The position numbers and the translations under genes are program-made. This document shows, in pieces, positions 1 to 9,615 of a stretch of 33,806 nt of DNA; positions within the stretch are counted from its first letter, which is position 1; every line of letters starts with the position of its first letter. The notes below the pieces were generated by a model. The model searched no databases. It was given only the letters and a program-made list of their open reading frames with translations, and was not told where the DNA came from. This stretch comes from a virus. Lineage: Duplodnaviria > Caudoviricetes. The DNA lies in IMG/VR virus record IMGVR_UViG_3300020044_009484, positions 1 to 33,806 of that record, one strand, 5' to 3'.

Positions 1-1239
1 TTGTGATGATGATGCTCCAGCGGCTGCTGGGGCTGCCATGACTGTGGCGATTACGGCGTTGATTGCTCGGCGCTTTCCGACGCTGACGGTGGACCCAGTG
101 GGCACATAAGTGTCGAATTTTCCGCTAAACACATCAATTTGTGCCTCAAAGGATTTCTTGACAAAGTCGGGGGCTGCCGACAGGGTTTCGGCGAGAGCGA
201 GGAGTTCCGTGTCGTTGAGGTTTTCGACCACTGCCTCGATTACATCAACAATCGCATCGACCTGTTCTGAGGTCAGTTCTTCGGCAATCGTCGGGTCAAG
301 CACGGCTTCTAAGTCATCGACAGTCACATCTTCTGGAGCGATTTCAGTCAGGGTTTCGACAGCGGCTTGAACCTCTGCGGGCGTTACCTGCTCTGGAATT
401 GTGGTGGTTGGGCTGGGTGCCTCGGTCGTCGTTGTGGTCTCTGGAATAGTGGTGGTTGCCAGCGGAACCGTGGTCGTGTTGAGGTGCATCGCATTGGTCG
501 TTGTTGTGACTGGAAGTGGAGCAGCGGTTGTCGTTGTCGTTGTCGTGGTGGTGGTGGTCGTGGTGGAAGTTGTGGTGGTTGTGGGAGGTTCAGTTGTCGT
601 CGTTGGCGGCTCAGTGGTCGTTGTAGGCGGTTCGGTAGTCGTCGTGGTCGTTGTGGTCGTTGTAGTGGTGGTGGTGGTTGTAGTGGCTTCTGGGAGCGCC
701 TGAACGGTAAAAGCAGAAGCAGGGATAATTTCCCACTCGTTGTTGACCATCCACCAAAGTTGAACCCAAGCACCGCCGCCGTTCTCGTAGAACCAGACGG
801 TTATCTGCTTTGAGACCGATTCTTGGAACTGCACGGGTTGAGAGACGGACCCGCCGCCTCCCTTATCTCGCCAGTCGTTGGTGATGAGAACCCCATCGAG
901 GTACAACTTCGTGCCGTCATCGGCTTTAGCCATGAACTGAACTGAGCAGGTGCATGGTGCCGTGATGTAGCCCTGATACTGGACCATGAAGTCCTCGTAC
1001 ATCTGGAATAGAGGTTTTTCATCGAAGTTATTTTCGATGTTTCCCTGCACAAAAGTACCGACGATTGGACGAGCGGGGGGTATTGGCGGTGAGGCGTTGT
1101 ACCCGTAGTTGTTGTAGACCGTGACGGTCACCCCGCTGACAATCGCATCGGCATGGGCAAAGCCCGCCCCAGTCAGGGACAGGAGCGGGACAGCGAAAAG
1201 AAGGAGGCTACTCGCCCTTCGTAGCGCCGAAGATTTCAT
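1..1239 (-). CDS. Secreted/surface PA14-domain protein with Thr/Pro-rich linker (3'-truncated by window; not in ORF track)
   Basis: Manual translation from ATG 1239 stays open to base 1. MKSSALRRASSLLLFAVPLLSLTGAGFAHA|DA looks like a signal peptide. PA14-type motifs ADDGTKLYLDG and WFYENGGGA follow, then a poly-Thr/TTTTEPP linker, an acidic helical region and a hydrophobic segment (RRAITAVIATVMAAPAAAG). Confidence 0.8.
   Translation of the reverse strand, partial: MKSSALRRASSLLLFAVPLLSLTGAGFAHADAIVSGVTVTVYNNYGYNASPPIPPARPIVGTFVQGNIENNFDEKPLFQMYEDFMVQYQGYITAPCTCSVQFMAKADDGTKLYLDGVLITNDWRDKGGGGSVSQPVQFQESVSKQITVWFYENGGGAWVQLWWMVNNEWEIIPASAFTVQALPEATTTTTTTTTTTTTTTTTEPPTTTTEPPTTTTEPPTTTTTSTTTTTTTTTTTTTAAPLPVTTTTNAMHLNTTTVPLATTTIPETTTTTEAPSPTTTIPEQVTPAEVQAAVETLTEIAPEDVTVDDLEAVLDPTIAEELTSEQVDAIVDVIEAVVENLNDTELLALAETLSAAPDFVKKSFEAQIDVFSGKFDTYVPTGSTVSVGKRRAINAVIATVMAAPAAAGASSSQ
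520..690 (-). repeat. Low-complexity Thr-codon tract with ~3 imperfect 21-bp TTTTEPP units
   Basis: Runs of gtcgtt/gtggtg on + strand that encode the poly-Thr linker of the PA14 protein. Confidence 0.75.
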
Positions 1240-1432
1240 TCAGTTCAGCCTTGGAGACCACGCCGTCGTCGGCGTAAGCACGAGCCAACTTCTCGATTAC
1301 TTGAGAGGCGGCAACGATTCCAGCAAGGGCTGCACCCTTTACGACTGAGACGCCCAGCATTGAAGCGCCACCAATCATGGCAAGGCTTGAGTAACCGAAT
1401 ACGGCAAAAACACGGAGAGCAATTTGCTTCAT
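1208..1432 (-). CDS. Small membrane protein, holin-like
   Basis: 74 aa with two hydrophobic segments and a charged C-terminus (DDGVVSKAELNEIF), located right after the tail genes. Confidence 0.55.
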   Translation of the reverse strand: MKQIALRVFAVFGYSSLAMIGGASMLGVSVVKGAALAGIVAASQVIEKLARAYADDGVVSKAELNEIFGATKGE

Positions 1433-1435
1433 AAT

Positions 1436-1496
1436 GAACCTCTGGTCTGGGACACAGGGGTCACTGGGATAGCGGCACCATGCTAGTGCATCGCAT
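1436..1496 (-). promoter_or_regulatory. Candidate late promoter (ATGCGAT-N4-TAGCAT) plus structured leader
   Basis: Intergenic. Same layout as at 9570-9587 and 18546-18562. Leader contains CCCAGTGACC..CCCAGACC..GAGGTTC. Confidence 0.5.
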
Positions 1497-1505
1497 TAAC
1501 CTCGT

Positions 1506-1832
1506 CTACTGGCGCAACTCGCTGTACGGGGGGAAGAAGCCATCGATGGTCCACTGGCAACTTTCCCTGTCAAACACTGCTCTTTCGACAGGCTTAGGCA
1601 AAATGAAAGCATCCAGTTCTGGGTCGTAGGTTGACCCTGATACAGCATAATTTTTCCGTACCGAGCCGTTTAGACAGGTGCGAATCCATGTTCCATTGTG
1701 AAACTGTTGGCAGTATTCTGCTCCGACTGATTCGTCGATGTTGCCGTCCTCATCGAGCATCGCATCGATTGGCACGAGAATCACATTGACGACTTGATTG
1801 GCTGCGTCGACCAGTGCGTAGGTCATTGTCAT
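1506..1832 (-). CDS. Small tail-fibre-associated protein
   Basis: 108 aa, YALVDAANQVVNVILV...RKNYA.SG.TYDPELDAFILPKP, a pattern typical of proteins following Gly-rich phage fibres. ATGA overlap with the upstream gene. Confidence 0.6.
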   Translation of the reverse strand: MTMTYALVDAANQVVNVILVPIDAMLDEDGNIDESVGAEYCQQFHNGTWIRTCLNGSVRKNYAVSGSTYDPELDAFILPKPVERAVFDRESCQWTIDGFFPPYSELRQ

Positions 1833-4549
1833 GTTTCAGTCCATCCTGTTCCAGAGCGGTTACCAGCGGGTCCATAATACTTAAATCCGCCGTAGCCACC
1901 AGTTCCTACAAGAACACTCGAACCGTCCGCACCTCGCCCATAAGTTGATGCCGTTCCGCCACCGTTCAAGCCTTGTCCATAATTTCCTTGACCGCCGCCA
2001 CCAGAACCGTAAGTAACGGTGTACACGGTTGAGCCTGAACCGCCGTTTCCTCCGTAGCCAACGCCCCCGTTTGCGCCCGCTGATGAATTTCCGCCGCCGC
2101 CGCCGCCGCCATAAATACCCCCAAAAATGTCTAAGTAGCCCGTGCCGCCAGTGTTCCCGTTTGCACTGTTGCCGCCGTTAGGGTCAAAATAACCTCCGAG
2201 TCCTGCGGCTTGTCCTGCCGCCGCCGAACCGAGATTTGTCAATGAACTAGAACCATCAACCGCCCCAATAACAGCGACCATGCTTGAGGAAAGAGTTATT
2301 GATGAGTTAGAAGTAGCGGTTCCTCCACCTCCGCCACCAAATGAGGCGCTTCCGCCTCCACCGATAACAAACGCATCGCTACCCGAAGTTAACGCTGCGC
2401 CCCCAGTTGGAGCAGTTGGCTTGGTCCAAGTACCACTTGCTGTGAAGCGAACTGTTTTCAACGCATAAGTGGTGAACGAGCCAGACAAGTATGTTGTTCC
2501 GACGGCATTTACGGCTTTGACTCGGTAGTAATAAAGCGTTCCGTTGGACAATCCACTTGCAGAACCAGAAACCGCTGTGGAGGTGCTTCCTGTAAGCGGC
2601 GATGGGGTAGCCGAAACGGTTGTCACTCCTGAAGCAAATGTTGAAGAGGTGCTGTATTGGAACTCCACAGTAGTCGAATCGCCATTCGCATTGACATTTG
2701 CTCCAAAGGTTGCGCTGTTCTGATTGAACGAAACCGATAGCGATGTAGCGGTTGGCGAAAGCAATGTGAACCGCTTGGAACCTTCGACCTTCATGCTCCA
2801 CTTTTTTGGTTCAAGAGTGAAATCGATGCTGTTGATAATCAAGTCTGTTACTAAGGCGGAACCGACCGATGGGGTGCGCTTGAAGGTCACACGGTCCAGC
2901 ACTTCTAGTTGAAGAAGAGTCTGCCAAACAGAGGGTGAACTTGTCTTTTTGCCGATTTCAATTGCGCTAACTGTCGGGACTATCTGCTTGTAAAAGGTCA
3001 GCCAGTGATTGGCGAGGTCCGCTGCCTCAGTTTCCGAACCGCTTTGACTGTCAATGGAGTGTGTGTGGCGACCGTAATCAGTTGCCGATGTTTCGTCACT
3101 CGCATAAGCCTGCAGACCGTTTGCCTGCTTTACCGTGACTTCATTGCGGAAGTTGTCGCCGTCGTACCAGATTTCGATGTCGCCGCTGTATTCGGTTCCT
3201 GAGCCGTCGTCTCCGATTGTGATTTGTGGCGTTGTCGAAGTTGCGTTAGTTGCAAAGTAGTTGCGATTGACGGTTTTTAGGACGCCTTCACGGGTGGCGA
3301 ACATGTACCCGCCTTCAGTCGACATGACCTGTTGTAGTGCTTCAGACACAATCGCATTGACGGCAGGAATACCATTAATAGTTCCAACTGGAGAACTATG
3401 AACCGATTTCAAGGTTGACCAAGATGACAAATCGGTCAGAGCAATCAAACGATTTACACGAGCGGTAGTGGATTCGTTCGAAGAACCAGACCCAAACTGA
3501 TAAATGGTGTCTATCTCGGTCGAAGTCAGAATTTTGTCAAAAATAGCGACTTCTTGATAAGTGATGTAGGTGAGCGAGATGTAATTGGTTGGAAAGAAAT
3601 TTATCGATGTGTTGACTCCAGTTGAAGCCATCGTTTGTGCAACGCCGTTGATGTACACCTGAACCGCTCCCGAAGATTTGGTGTATGTAATCGCATAATG
3701 CTTTGCAATGAGGTTTGTTGGATTGCGTCCAGTTTGTGACCATGCCTGATGAATGGTCCCAGAACGATTTGTTTCGACAAAAACACCGTATTCTCCCGTT
3801 GAGTATTCATAGTTGCCTTGAATAGCGATTGAATTGCCAGTGGAACCAAATACAAACACTTGTTCAGTGTTATTCGTGTCGTTCCATCTTGCCCAGAATG
3901 AGATTGTGATGTCCCCCGTGGTTGGGGTGGTACTCGTCGTGTAAACATACGGCGACTTAAAAAGGTCCGCAGAATTTCCGCTCAACCCCATGCCGAGCGG
4001 AAATGATGAAACCAACGGGACAGTTGAGCCAGATAGAGACAAATCTTTTGATGCCGAGCCAAAGTCTTTAATGGTTGATGAATCATTCGCATCAGAGCAC
4101 TTGTAGTAGTGAACTGGCGAAAGGGAGCGAGTGTAAATGTCGGCGAAGTCGTTTCGTAGGTTTGCTGTGTTGAGCAGACTGACAATGTCGTAAGCCTCAA
4201 TGGACACCGTCGAAATCTTGCCTGCTGAACCCCACGCCACAGGGAAACCATTGATGAAACCACGAAACATGATGTATTCGACACTGTTTGCGGTGCCCGT
4301 TATTTTTATCTGGCGTCTTGGTTTGAGGTCATTCGCATGAGCGCCACTTGAATTGAATGGGTCGAAGTAACGAGTGTTGTTGTTTAGGGTCAGCGAAGCA
4401 GTGGACACAAAAGACGAATCAAAGTCGTCGCTACGACCTCGATGGATTTTGCAGTCCAACACATAATCAGTGATGGGGTCCCAAGTGGGGCTTTCAACAT
4501 AAGGTCCATCAGTCCAAGCGATGTAGACCTTGAGTTCTGGGTAAGCCAT
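1829..4549 (-). CDS. Large tail-tip/minor tail protein (LamG/ConA-like, FN3-like and Gly-rich domains)
   Basis: 906 aa immediately after tape measure. LamG-like HYAITY..VQVYING..EVAIFDKILT; FN3-like GLSNGTLYYYRVKAVN; GGGG-rich C-terminus. Confidence 0.8.
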   Translation of the reverse strand: MAYPELKVYIAWTDGPYVESPTWDPITDYVLDCKIHRGRSDDFDSSFVSTASLTLNNNTRYFDPFNSSGAHANDLKPRRQIKITGTANSVEYIMFRGFINGFPVAWGSAGKISTVSIEAYDIVSLLNTANLRNDFADIYTRSLSPVHYYKCSDANDSSTIKDFGSASKDLSLSGSTVPLVSSFPLGMGLSGNSADLFKSPYVYTTSTTPTTGDITISFWARWNDTNNTEQVFVFGSTGNSIAIQGNYEYSTGEYGVFVETNRSGTIHQAWSQTGRNPTNLIAKHYAITYTKSSGAVQVYINGVAQTMASTGVNTSINFFPTNYISLTYITYQEVAIFDKILTSTEIDTIYQFGSGSSNESTTARVNRLIALTDLSSWSTLKSVHSSPVGTINGIPAVNAIVSEALQQVMSTEGGYMFATREGVLKTVNRNYFATNATSTTPQITIGDDGSGTEYSGDIEIWYDGDNFRNEVTVKQANGLQAYASDETSATDYGRHTHSIDSQSGSETEAADLANHWLTFYKQIVPTVSAIEIGKKTSSPSVWQTLLQLEVLDRVTFKRTPSVGSALVTDLIINSIDFTLEPKKWSMKVEGSKRFTLLSPTATSLSVSFNQNSATFGANVNANGDSTTVEFQYSTSSTFASGVTTVSATPSPLTGSTSTAVSGSASGLSNGTLYYYRVKAVNAVGTTYLSGSFTTYALKTVRFTASGTWTKPTAPTGGAALTSGSDAFVIGGGGSASFGGGGGGTATSNSSITLSSSMVAVIGAVDGSSSLTNLGSAAAGQAAGLGGYFDPNGGNSANGNTGGTGYLDIFGGIYGGGGGGGNSSAGANGGVGYGGNGGSGSTVYTVTYGSGGGGQGNYGQGLNGGGTASTYGRGADGSSVLVGTGGYGGFKYYGPAGNRSGTGWTET

Positions 4550-7548
4550 TACATGACCTTCAGTGGCAGACGACCGACACGCTTTTCATGTGATTGCAGG
4601 ACCTTAATTAGTTGACGGGCAATCTCTTGCTCGTCGCCGATTCCTGCTTGGACCGTGATGTGGTACGAGTTGCCCATCGCATTGCCGCCCTTGTTGAGAG
4701 GGATGACGGCTTCGTCTCGACCAGCCTCACCAAGCAAAGCGAGGGTTCCGCCGCTACGGGCACGGACGATGCCGCCCGTCGCCATTGGAGTGGCGAGGTC
4801 GCTAAGTGATGTCATCGAGAAAGCAATGTCAACACCGAAACTCTTTTGCAACTTGTCAATCTGAGCCTTGGTCATGCCCTTGGAACTCAAACGAAGGTTC
4901 AGTTTCTTTGCGGCATCGGTGATTCCCTTAACCAACTGCTCACCCTGTGACAGACCCTGCTTGTAGAACTGGTCCTTAGCAGCGTTGGCTGAATCATTCG
5001 AAGCCTTAATAAGTTCGTTGTACCAAGTGTTCGCATCGGAAACCGCCTGCTGACCGCCAGCAAGAATTTCCTCACCAATCTTGGTTCCAACTTCTGCTCC
5101 TGCAGCAACAATCTGAGCAATACCAGCCTCATTGAGTTGAGCAGCCCGCAACTGGTCAAGAATCTGACCAAACTTCTTAGCGTCGTCATACTGCTTCTTC
5201 AAAGCCTGCATGAAGGTCATCTTGTTTGACTCGGCGGAGGCGAGGTTGTCTGTTGCCTCCGAGTAATCTTGGATAGCACGGCTGTAGGCAGCCATGTCAC
5301 GGTTCGCCATAGCGGAGGCAACCGCTTCTTCGGCTTGGGCGACAGCGTCAAGAGCCGACTGATAATCCTTTTGTGATGACAGAGAATCACTCATCGCATT
5401 GGAGAAGGACCAGACATTCATCATGGCGGTCTTGATGCTCTTAGCAAAATCATCGGCACGGGTCTTAACTTGGTCAAAGAAGGCGTTGGCTTTTGCGACA
5501 GCATCCTCGCCGAGTTTCTTAGCGGCATCGACCAATTTTTTCATTGTGTTTGCGGCTTCCTCTTGTTGCTGAGCAACCTCTTCAGGGGTGGCTTTCGGCT
5601 TGTAATTGCCAGCACGATTTGCGGTTGAGTGCATTAACGCAATCATCTCAGGACTCATGTTTGAACCCCAACCGTTAATTGTGGTCCCCACTCGTTTTGC
5701 CTCGGCTTCAACGCCCGTCATACCAGACTTGACATTGTTAACTTTTGCCCCAGTGATGTCCAACTTCATGTTGATGTGGTCAATAGTGTCAATGTCTTTG
5801 TGAAATGGAATCTTGTTCCATGCTTTGATAATCAGGTTTACACCATCAATGAACTTATTCACAAACCATTCAACAATACCTAGCACCAAATTTATGGCAA
5901 ACTGGATAACCGAAACGATGGTGTTCCAAATACCTTTCAACGCTCTCCTGAACCATTCAAACTTTTTCCACATCAAAACCACGGCAACAACAAGAGCAAC
6001 AACAGCGGCAATAATCAGACCGATTGGGTTAGCAACCATCGAGGCGTTCAACGCATTTTGGGCTGCTGTGGCGGCAGTAGTCGCTGCTGTTTGAGCCGCT
6101 GTCGCTGCCGTCAGCGCCATTTCTGAACCAGAAGCGGTTGCAGCGGCGACCATTAACTCTGCTTGTGCAACTGCCAAAGCGGTTTGTGCTGCTGTCGCTG
6201 CAGCGGCTGCTGCTGCTTCTGCGGTCATAGTACCTGTGTGAGCAATTGCTGCGGTAACAATTCCCCAGATTTGCTTGGCACTACCCCAGATTGCTTGGAC
6301 TTTGCCGACAGCCTTGAAAGCAACATAAGCGCCAACTGCTGCCCCGATGACAGGTGTCAAAGCCTCAAGTGCTCCCTTATGGTCCGCAATAAAACCAGTT
6401 GCCGAAGAAACTGCTGTCGCCATAGTTCCAATAATGGGAACAAATTCGACAACCAATTGGGTAACCAAAGGCGCTATTACTGTGCTGAGGTCCATCATGG
6501 CTTGACCAATTGAAATAAACACGGGCTGCAAAGAAGGCAAAGCAGTAGCAATTTGAGCAACCACAGGAACAATCGACTGAACAGCAGCAACCATGATTGT
6601 TGATAAAGCCATCATCATTGGCTCGATAGCAGGCACCAATTTCTGGAAAGCATCCATCATCACTTGGACCATGTCATTGATTGGCTTAGTCATGGACTTC
6701 ATGGTTTTGCCAATCGCATCGTTGATGGCAGGCATTGCGTTTTTGATTCCCTCGGTGGCTGGAGCCATCATGTCGCCAAGCGCAATGTTGATGTTGTCCT
6801 TCAAAGTGGACATCAAACCAGTCAAAGTATTGGCTTGTTCAGCCATCATTCCTTTAACACGACCCATGGCTTCGCCTGAATAGTTCTCCAGACCAGACAT
6901 AAGGAGACCAACAGAATCTTGCAGTGTGCCCTTTTCGGTTGCTTTCTTGACCTCCGCAACCGACATTCCAGCAGCGGCTGCTAACGCATCCCAAGCGGGA
7001 ATACCAGCGTTAGCCAACTGCATCATGTCCTGACCAGTCACCTTGCCGACGAGGTTCATCTGCTGCAAGGCACGGGTTGCTGCAGCGATACCTTCAGCGC
7101 CCGTACCCATAGCAGCGGTGGAGTCACCGATGGCGGTCAAAAGAGGTTTAACACGCTCAGCGGCAACACCTGTGGTGAGCAACTTAGAAGCAGCATCACG
7201 AAGTTGAGGGAACTCGAAAGGAGTTGAAGCGGCAAAGTTTTGCAAGTCCTTGAACATTGCCTCTGCTTTTTCTTGACTACCAAGAAGAGTCTTGAACGAG
7301 ATGATGGCTTGTTCGTTTGCCATAGCAAACCCAATACCCATTTTTGCGCCCATCATGGCAGCGGTTTGCATCGCACCACCACCAAGAATTGCCGCCTTCG
7401 ACATAAGACCAAAACCACGCTGGGCGATTCCAGATTGACGCTGAACAGATTGCCCGAAGTTGTCGGCAGCATTTTGAGCACGATTGAACCCGCTGACCAT
7501 GTTGTCAGCGTTCGCCTTCAAGTGCGCTACGACCTCAAGCATTGCCAT
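4549..7548 (-). CDS. Tape measure protein
   Basis: 999 aa, Ala-rich and helical. Tape-measure N-terminal motif FKTLLGS..FAASTPFE; hydrophobic NPIGLIIAAVVAL; C-terminal ATGGIV..GEAG.EAVIPL. Confidence 0.95.
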   Translation of the reverse strand: MAMLEVVAHLKANADNMVSGFNRAQNAADNFGQSVQRQSGIAQRGFGLMSKAAILGGGAMQTAAMMGAKMGIGFAMANEQAIISFKTLLGSQEKAEAMFKDLQNFAASTPFEFPQLRDAASKLLTTGVAAERVKPLLTAIGDSTAAMGTGAEGIAAATRALQQMNLVGKVTGQDMMQLANAGIPAWDALAAAAGMSVAEVKKATEKGTLQDSVGLLMSGLENYSGEAMGRVKGMMAEQANTLTGLMSTLKDNINIALGDMMAPATEGIKNAMPAINDAIGKTMKSMTKPINDMVQVMMDAFQKLVPAIEPMMMALSTIMVAAVQSIVPVVAQIATALPSLQPVFISIGQAMMDLSTVIAPLVTQLVVEFVPIIGTMATAVSSATGFIADHKGALEALTPVIGAAVGAYVAFKAVGKVQAIWGSAKQIWGIVTAAIAHTGTMTAEAAAAAAATAAQTALAVAQAELMVAAATASGSEMALTAATAAQTAATTAATAAQNALNASMVANPIGLIIAAVVALVVAVVLMWKKFEWFRRALKGIWNTIVSVIQFAINLVLGIVEWFVNKFIDGVNLIIKAWNKIPFHKDIDTIDHINMKLDITGAKVNNVKSGMTGVEAEAKRVGTTINGWGSNMSPEMIALMHSTANRAGNYKPKATPEEVAQQQEEAANTMKKLVDAAKKLGEDAVAKANAFFDQVKTRADDFAKSIKTAMMNVWSFSNAMSDSLSSQKDYQSALDAVAQAEEAVASAMANRDMAAYSRAIQDYSEATDNLASAESNKMTFMQALKKQYDDAKKFGQILDQLRAAQLNEAGIAQIVAAGAEVGTKIGEEILAGGQQAVSDANTWYNELIKASNDSANAAKDQFYKQGLSQGEQLVKGITDAAKKLNLRLSSKGMTKAQIDKLQKSFGVDIAFSMTSLSDLATPMATGGIVRARSGGTLALLGEAGRDEAVIPLNKGGNAMGNSYHITVQAGIGDEQEIARQLIKVLQSHEKRVGRLPLKVM

Positions 7549-7561
7549 CTTTAGTTCATCC

Positions 7562-7735
7562 TCATCGTTGTTGCTGCTCCCAGTTCCTTATTTTGTAGAG
7601 AGCCATCCACTCCGTAATCTCCTGCGATGAAATCGCACGGTGACCTCCAGAGCCGTAGAGCAACTCTCCGACTGTTCGCCCCAGCGATTCGGCTAACTCA
7701 AAGAGGAAGCGTTGGCTGGGGCGTTCGAGAAATCC
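7562..7735 (-). CDS. -1 frameshift extension of tail assembly chaperone (gpGT-like)
   Basis: The -1 frame from G GAT TTC (7735-7729) reads FLERPSQRFLFELAESLGRTVGELL..ISSQEITEWMALYKIRNWEQQQR* and fills the gap to the tape measure gene. Confidence 0.7.
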   Translation of the reverse strand, partial: GFLERPSQRFLFELAESLGRTVGELLYGSGGHRAISSQEITEWMALYKIRNWEQQQR

Positions 7736-8076
7736 TTGCCTGCCTTGTCGACTGCATCTTCAAGCAATCCAGAGATTCGCATAGCGGTGTTGACAATGAG
7801 GTCCAGTGCGGCACCTGATTTGAGCATCAGGGTCTCACGGTCGCTCTCGGCAAATACTTGCTCATCTGTTTCAGGGTCGTATGTACACATGATGACGATG
7901 TCTGGCATCATCTTTGCAAAGTTCATTACGCCGTCGTTATCGGCAGCGTTCTGAATCATTGAGGTACGGGCGGCTCCTGACATGCCATGAACAGAAACCT
8001 TGCAGCCCCACTGGGGGACATCGATGATTTCTTTCTGGACATCGTCACAAGACAGGATGTGGTCACGAAGGGACAC
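7693..8076 (-). CDS. Tail assembly chaperone (gpG-like)
   Basis: 127 aa between tail tube and tape measure; V.VPQWG..V.V.GMSG..R pattern. Confidence 0.8.
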   Translation of the reverse strand: MSLRDHILSCDDVQKEIIDVPQWGCKVSVHGMSGAARTSMIQNAADNDGVMNFAKMMPDIVIMCTYDPETDEQVFAESDRETLMLKSGAALDLIVNTAMRISGLLEDAVDKAGKDFSNAPANASSLS

Positions 8077-8096
8077 GGGTTTTCTCCTTGTAAGAG

Positions 8097-8516
8097 TTAG
8101 GCGAAGGTGCCACGGGTGACTGTACCAGTCACCTGAAACTCTGCCGAGAAAGTAACGACATCAGCGACAGGGCTGCTTGTCTCATACGAGGTCATGAGAC
8201 CTTCGCCTGTGTACTTAACTGCGCCAGTGGCTGTGCCTTCTGGACCGTACTCGAAGGACACCGAAGCGTCTTGTCCGAGGATGCCAGCGAGGTGTGCGTC
8301 GAGGGTTGCGTCCCAAGTTCCCTTGATGGAAACGGTTGAGTCGTTGAGACCTACGACATAGGTCTTTGCTCCGCCTGCTGTCTGGAAAGAGGTTGTTTCG
8401 CCTGTTTCGATTGAGCGTGGGAGTGAAACCTCGTTGAGGTAGGAAGAGATGTCGGTCAGTGTTCCGCCCGAGTTATCAACCTTGAACGAAGCGTTTTTGC
8501 CGTGCTTGAAAGCCAT
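8097..8516 (-). CDS. Major tail (tube) protein
   Basis: 139 aa: ETTSF..AKTYVVGLND.TVS.KG, then SYETSSPVADVVTFSAEFQVTG. Sits directly before the chaperone. Confidence 0.85.
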   Translation of the reverse strand: MAFKHGKNASFKVDNSGGTLTDISSYLNEVSLPRSIETGETTSFQTAGGAKTYVVGLNDSTVSIKGTWDATLDAHLAGILGQDASVSFEYGPEGTATGAVKYTGEGLMTSYETSSPVADVVTFSAEFQVTGTVTRGTFA

Positions 8517-8531
8517 GATTTGGTGTTGTCC

Positions 8532-9254
8532 TTAGCGTCGTGCGAAGTTCGCATGGTAGGTAATGGAACCCGTGGAGCCAGCAAGGGTGTGCTGGATACG
8601 GATGTATCGGTTGACAGTCCCAGTTACGGTCTTGCGCTCCGATGTCTTGGTGGTCGAGCCGACTACCGAGAATGTGATGAGGTCTACCCATGTGGAGTTA
8701 TCCGCTGAGTGTTGGACCTTAAAAGTGGTGTTGCCGTTACGAGTGTTGGCTGTCACATGAAGGTTGGCTGCTCCGCCGTTTGAGGAGGAAGCGGCGTTGT
8801 CTTGAGATGTTCCGTTGGCTGTTGATGAGACGGCACCCAAGTCAATGAGGGAGATGCCACGGTCCAGACGGTCGTTTGTCTGTCCTTCGAAAGAGATGGA
8901 CACAACATCGGCTACTGGGGATGAAACTTCGTAGGAGGTTTCAATCGCATTAAGCGTTGTGACTCGACGACCGACGGTGAGACCTTCGGGGGCAAAGGTG
9001 ATGACCTTGTTGCCGCCGCCTACTGCTGTTGCCATGATTTCGTCTACTGCTGAGGTGGCTCCGTCAAAGAAGCCCTTCATTGAAATTGTCGAATCACGGA
9101 GACCAACCACATAAGTTTTGGCTCCGCCAGTGGTGTTGTAGGTCGTTGTTTCGCCCGTTTCAATGCTTTCGTTGGTTGAACTTTCGTTCAAATAACCGCT
9201 GAGGTCATACTCTGCTGAAAGAACCTTGGTGTTTTTACCGTGTCGAAAAGTCAT
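8532..9254 (-). CDS. Second tail-tube paralog with C-terminal beta-rich extension
   Basis: The first ~130 aa align by eye with 8097..8516 (FxHGKN, SIETGETT, GGAKTYVVGL.DST.S.KG, TSYE.SSPVADVV). An extra ~105 aa carries QHSADNSTWVDL..RYIR. Confidence 0.8.
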   Translation of the reverse strand: MTFRHGKNTKVLSAEYDLSGYLNESSTNESIETGETTTYNTTGGAKTYVVGLRDSTISMKGFFDGATSAVDEIMATAVGGGNKVITFAPEGLTVGRRVTTLNAIETSYEVSSPVADVVSISFEGQTNDRLDRGISLIDLGAVSSTANGTSQDNAASSSNGGAANLHVTANTRNGNTTFKVQHSADNSTWVDLITFSVVGSTTKTSERKTVTGTVNRYIRIQHTLAGSTGSITYHANFARR

Positions 9255-9463
9255 TCTGCTTCCTCCGCTGGGATTTCTTCCTCAACTGGAGCAACAGTTT
9301 CTTCGGCTTCTGGCTCTTCAATCGCATCGCCGTCTACTGGGCTGATTGCTCCGCTTTCACGAAGCCACTTGATTGCCTTCGGTGGGAGGTCCGATACAAC
9401 GGCTCCAGCCTCGGCTCGTTTGCCGAGGTATTCGATGCCTGAGTTGACCTTGTATTGCGCCAT
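9251..9463 (-). CDS. Small hypothetical virion-module protein
   Basis: The likely start is ATG 9463 (MAQYKV) after AGGAG, not 9514. Acidic C-terminus; ATGA overlap with the next gene. Confidence 0.6.
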   Translation of the reverse strand: MAQYKVNSGIEYLGKRAEAGAVVSDLPPKAIKWLRESGAISPVDGDAIEEPEAEETVAPVEEEIPAEEAE

Positions 9464-9489
9464 CGGTGCTCCTGTTGCTGGGCGTGACA

Positions 9490-9587
9490 GAACCTCGACT
9501 GAGGTCTGGACCACTCAGGGCACGAAAGCAAACCGACAACCGAGGTCACTAGGACACGCTGTGCCCCAGATTGTACGGCAATCGCAT
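9490..9587 (-). promoter_or_regulatory. Candidate late promoter (ATGCGAT-N5-TACAAT) plus structured leader for tail operon
   Basis: Near-consensus -10 TACAAT at 9575-9570. Leader CCTAGTGACC..TCCAGACC..GAGGTTC forms a GTGACCTCG/CGAGG..GTCAC stem. Confidence 0.55.
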
Positions 9588-9615
9588 AAGTCGAAGCGTT
9601 GACTAGGGTCAACCT

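Noticed and set aside
1071-1080. Frameshift at the G6 tract in the PA14 gene
   Set aside because: Translation reads through in frame (SPPIPPARPIVG).
110-1348. Short ORFs in the track (poly-Val, Cys/Arg-rich, Pro/Gln-rich)
   Set aside because: Alternative-frame or antisense readings of the Thr-rich PA14 gene at 1..1239.
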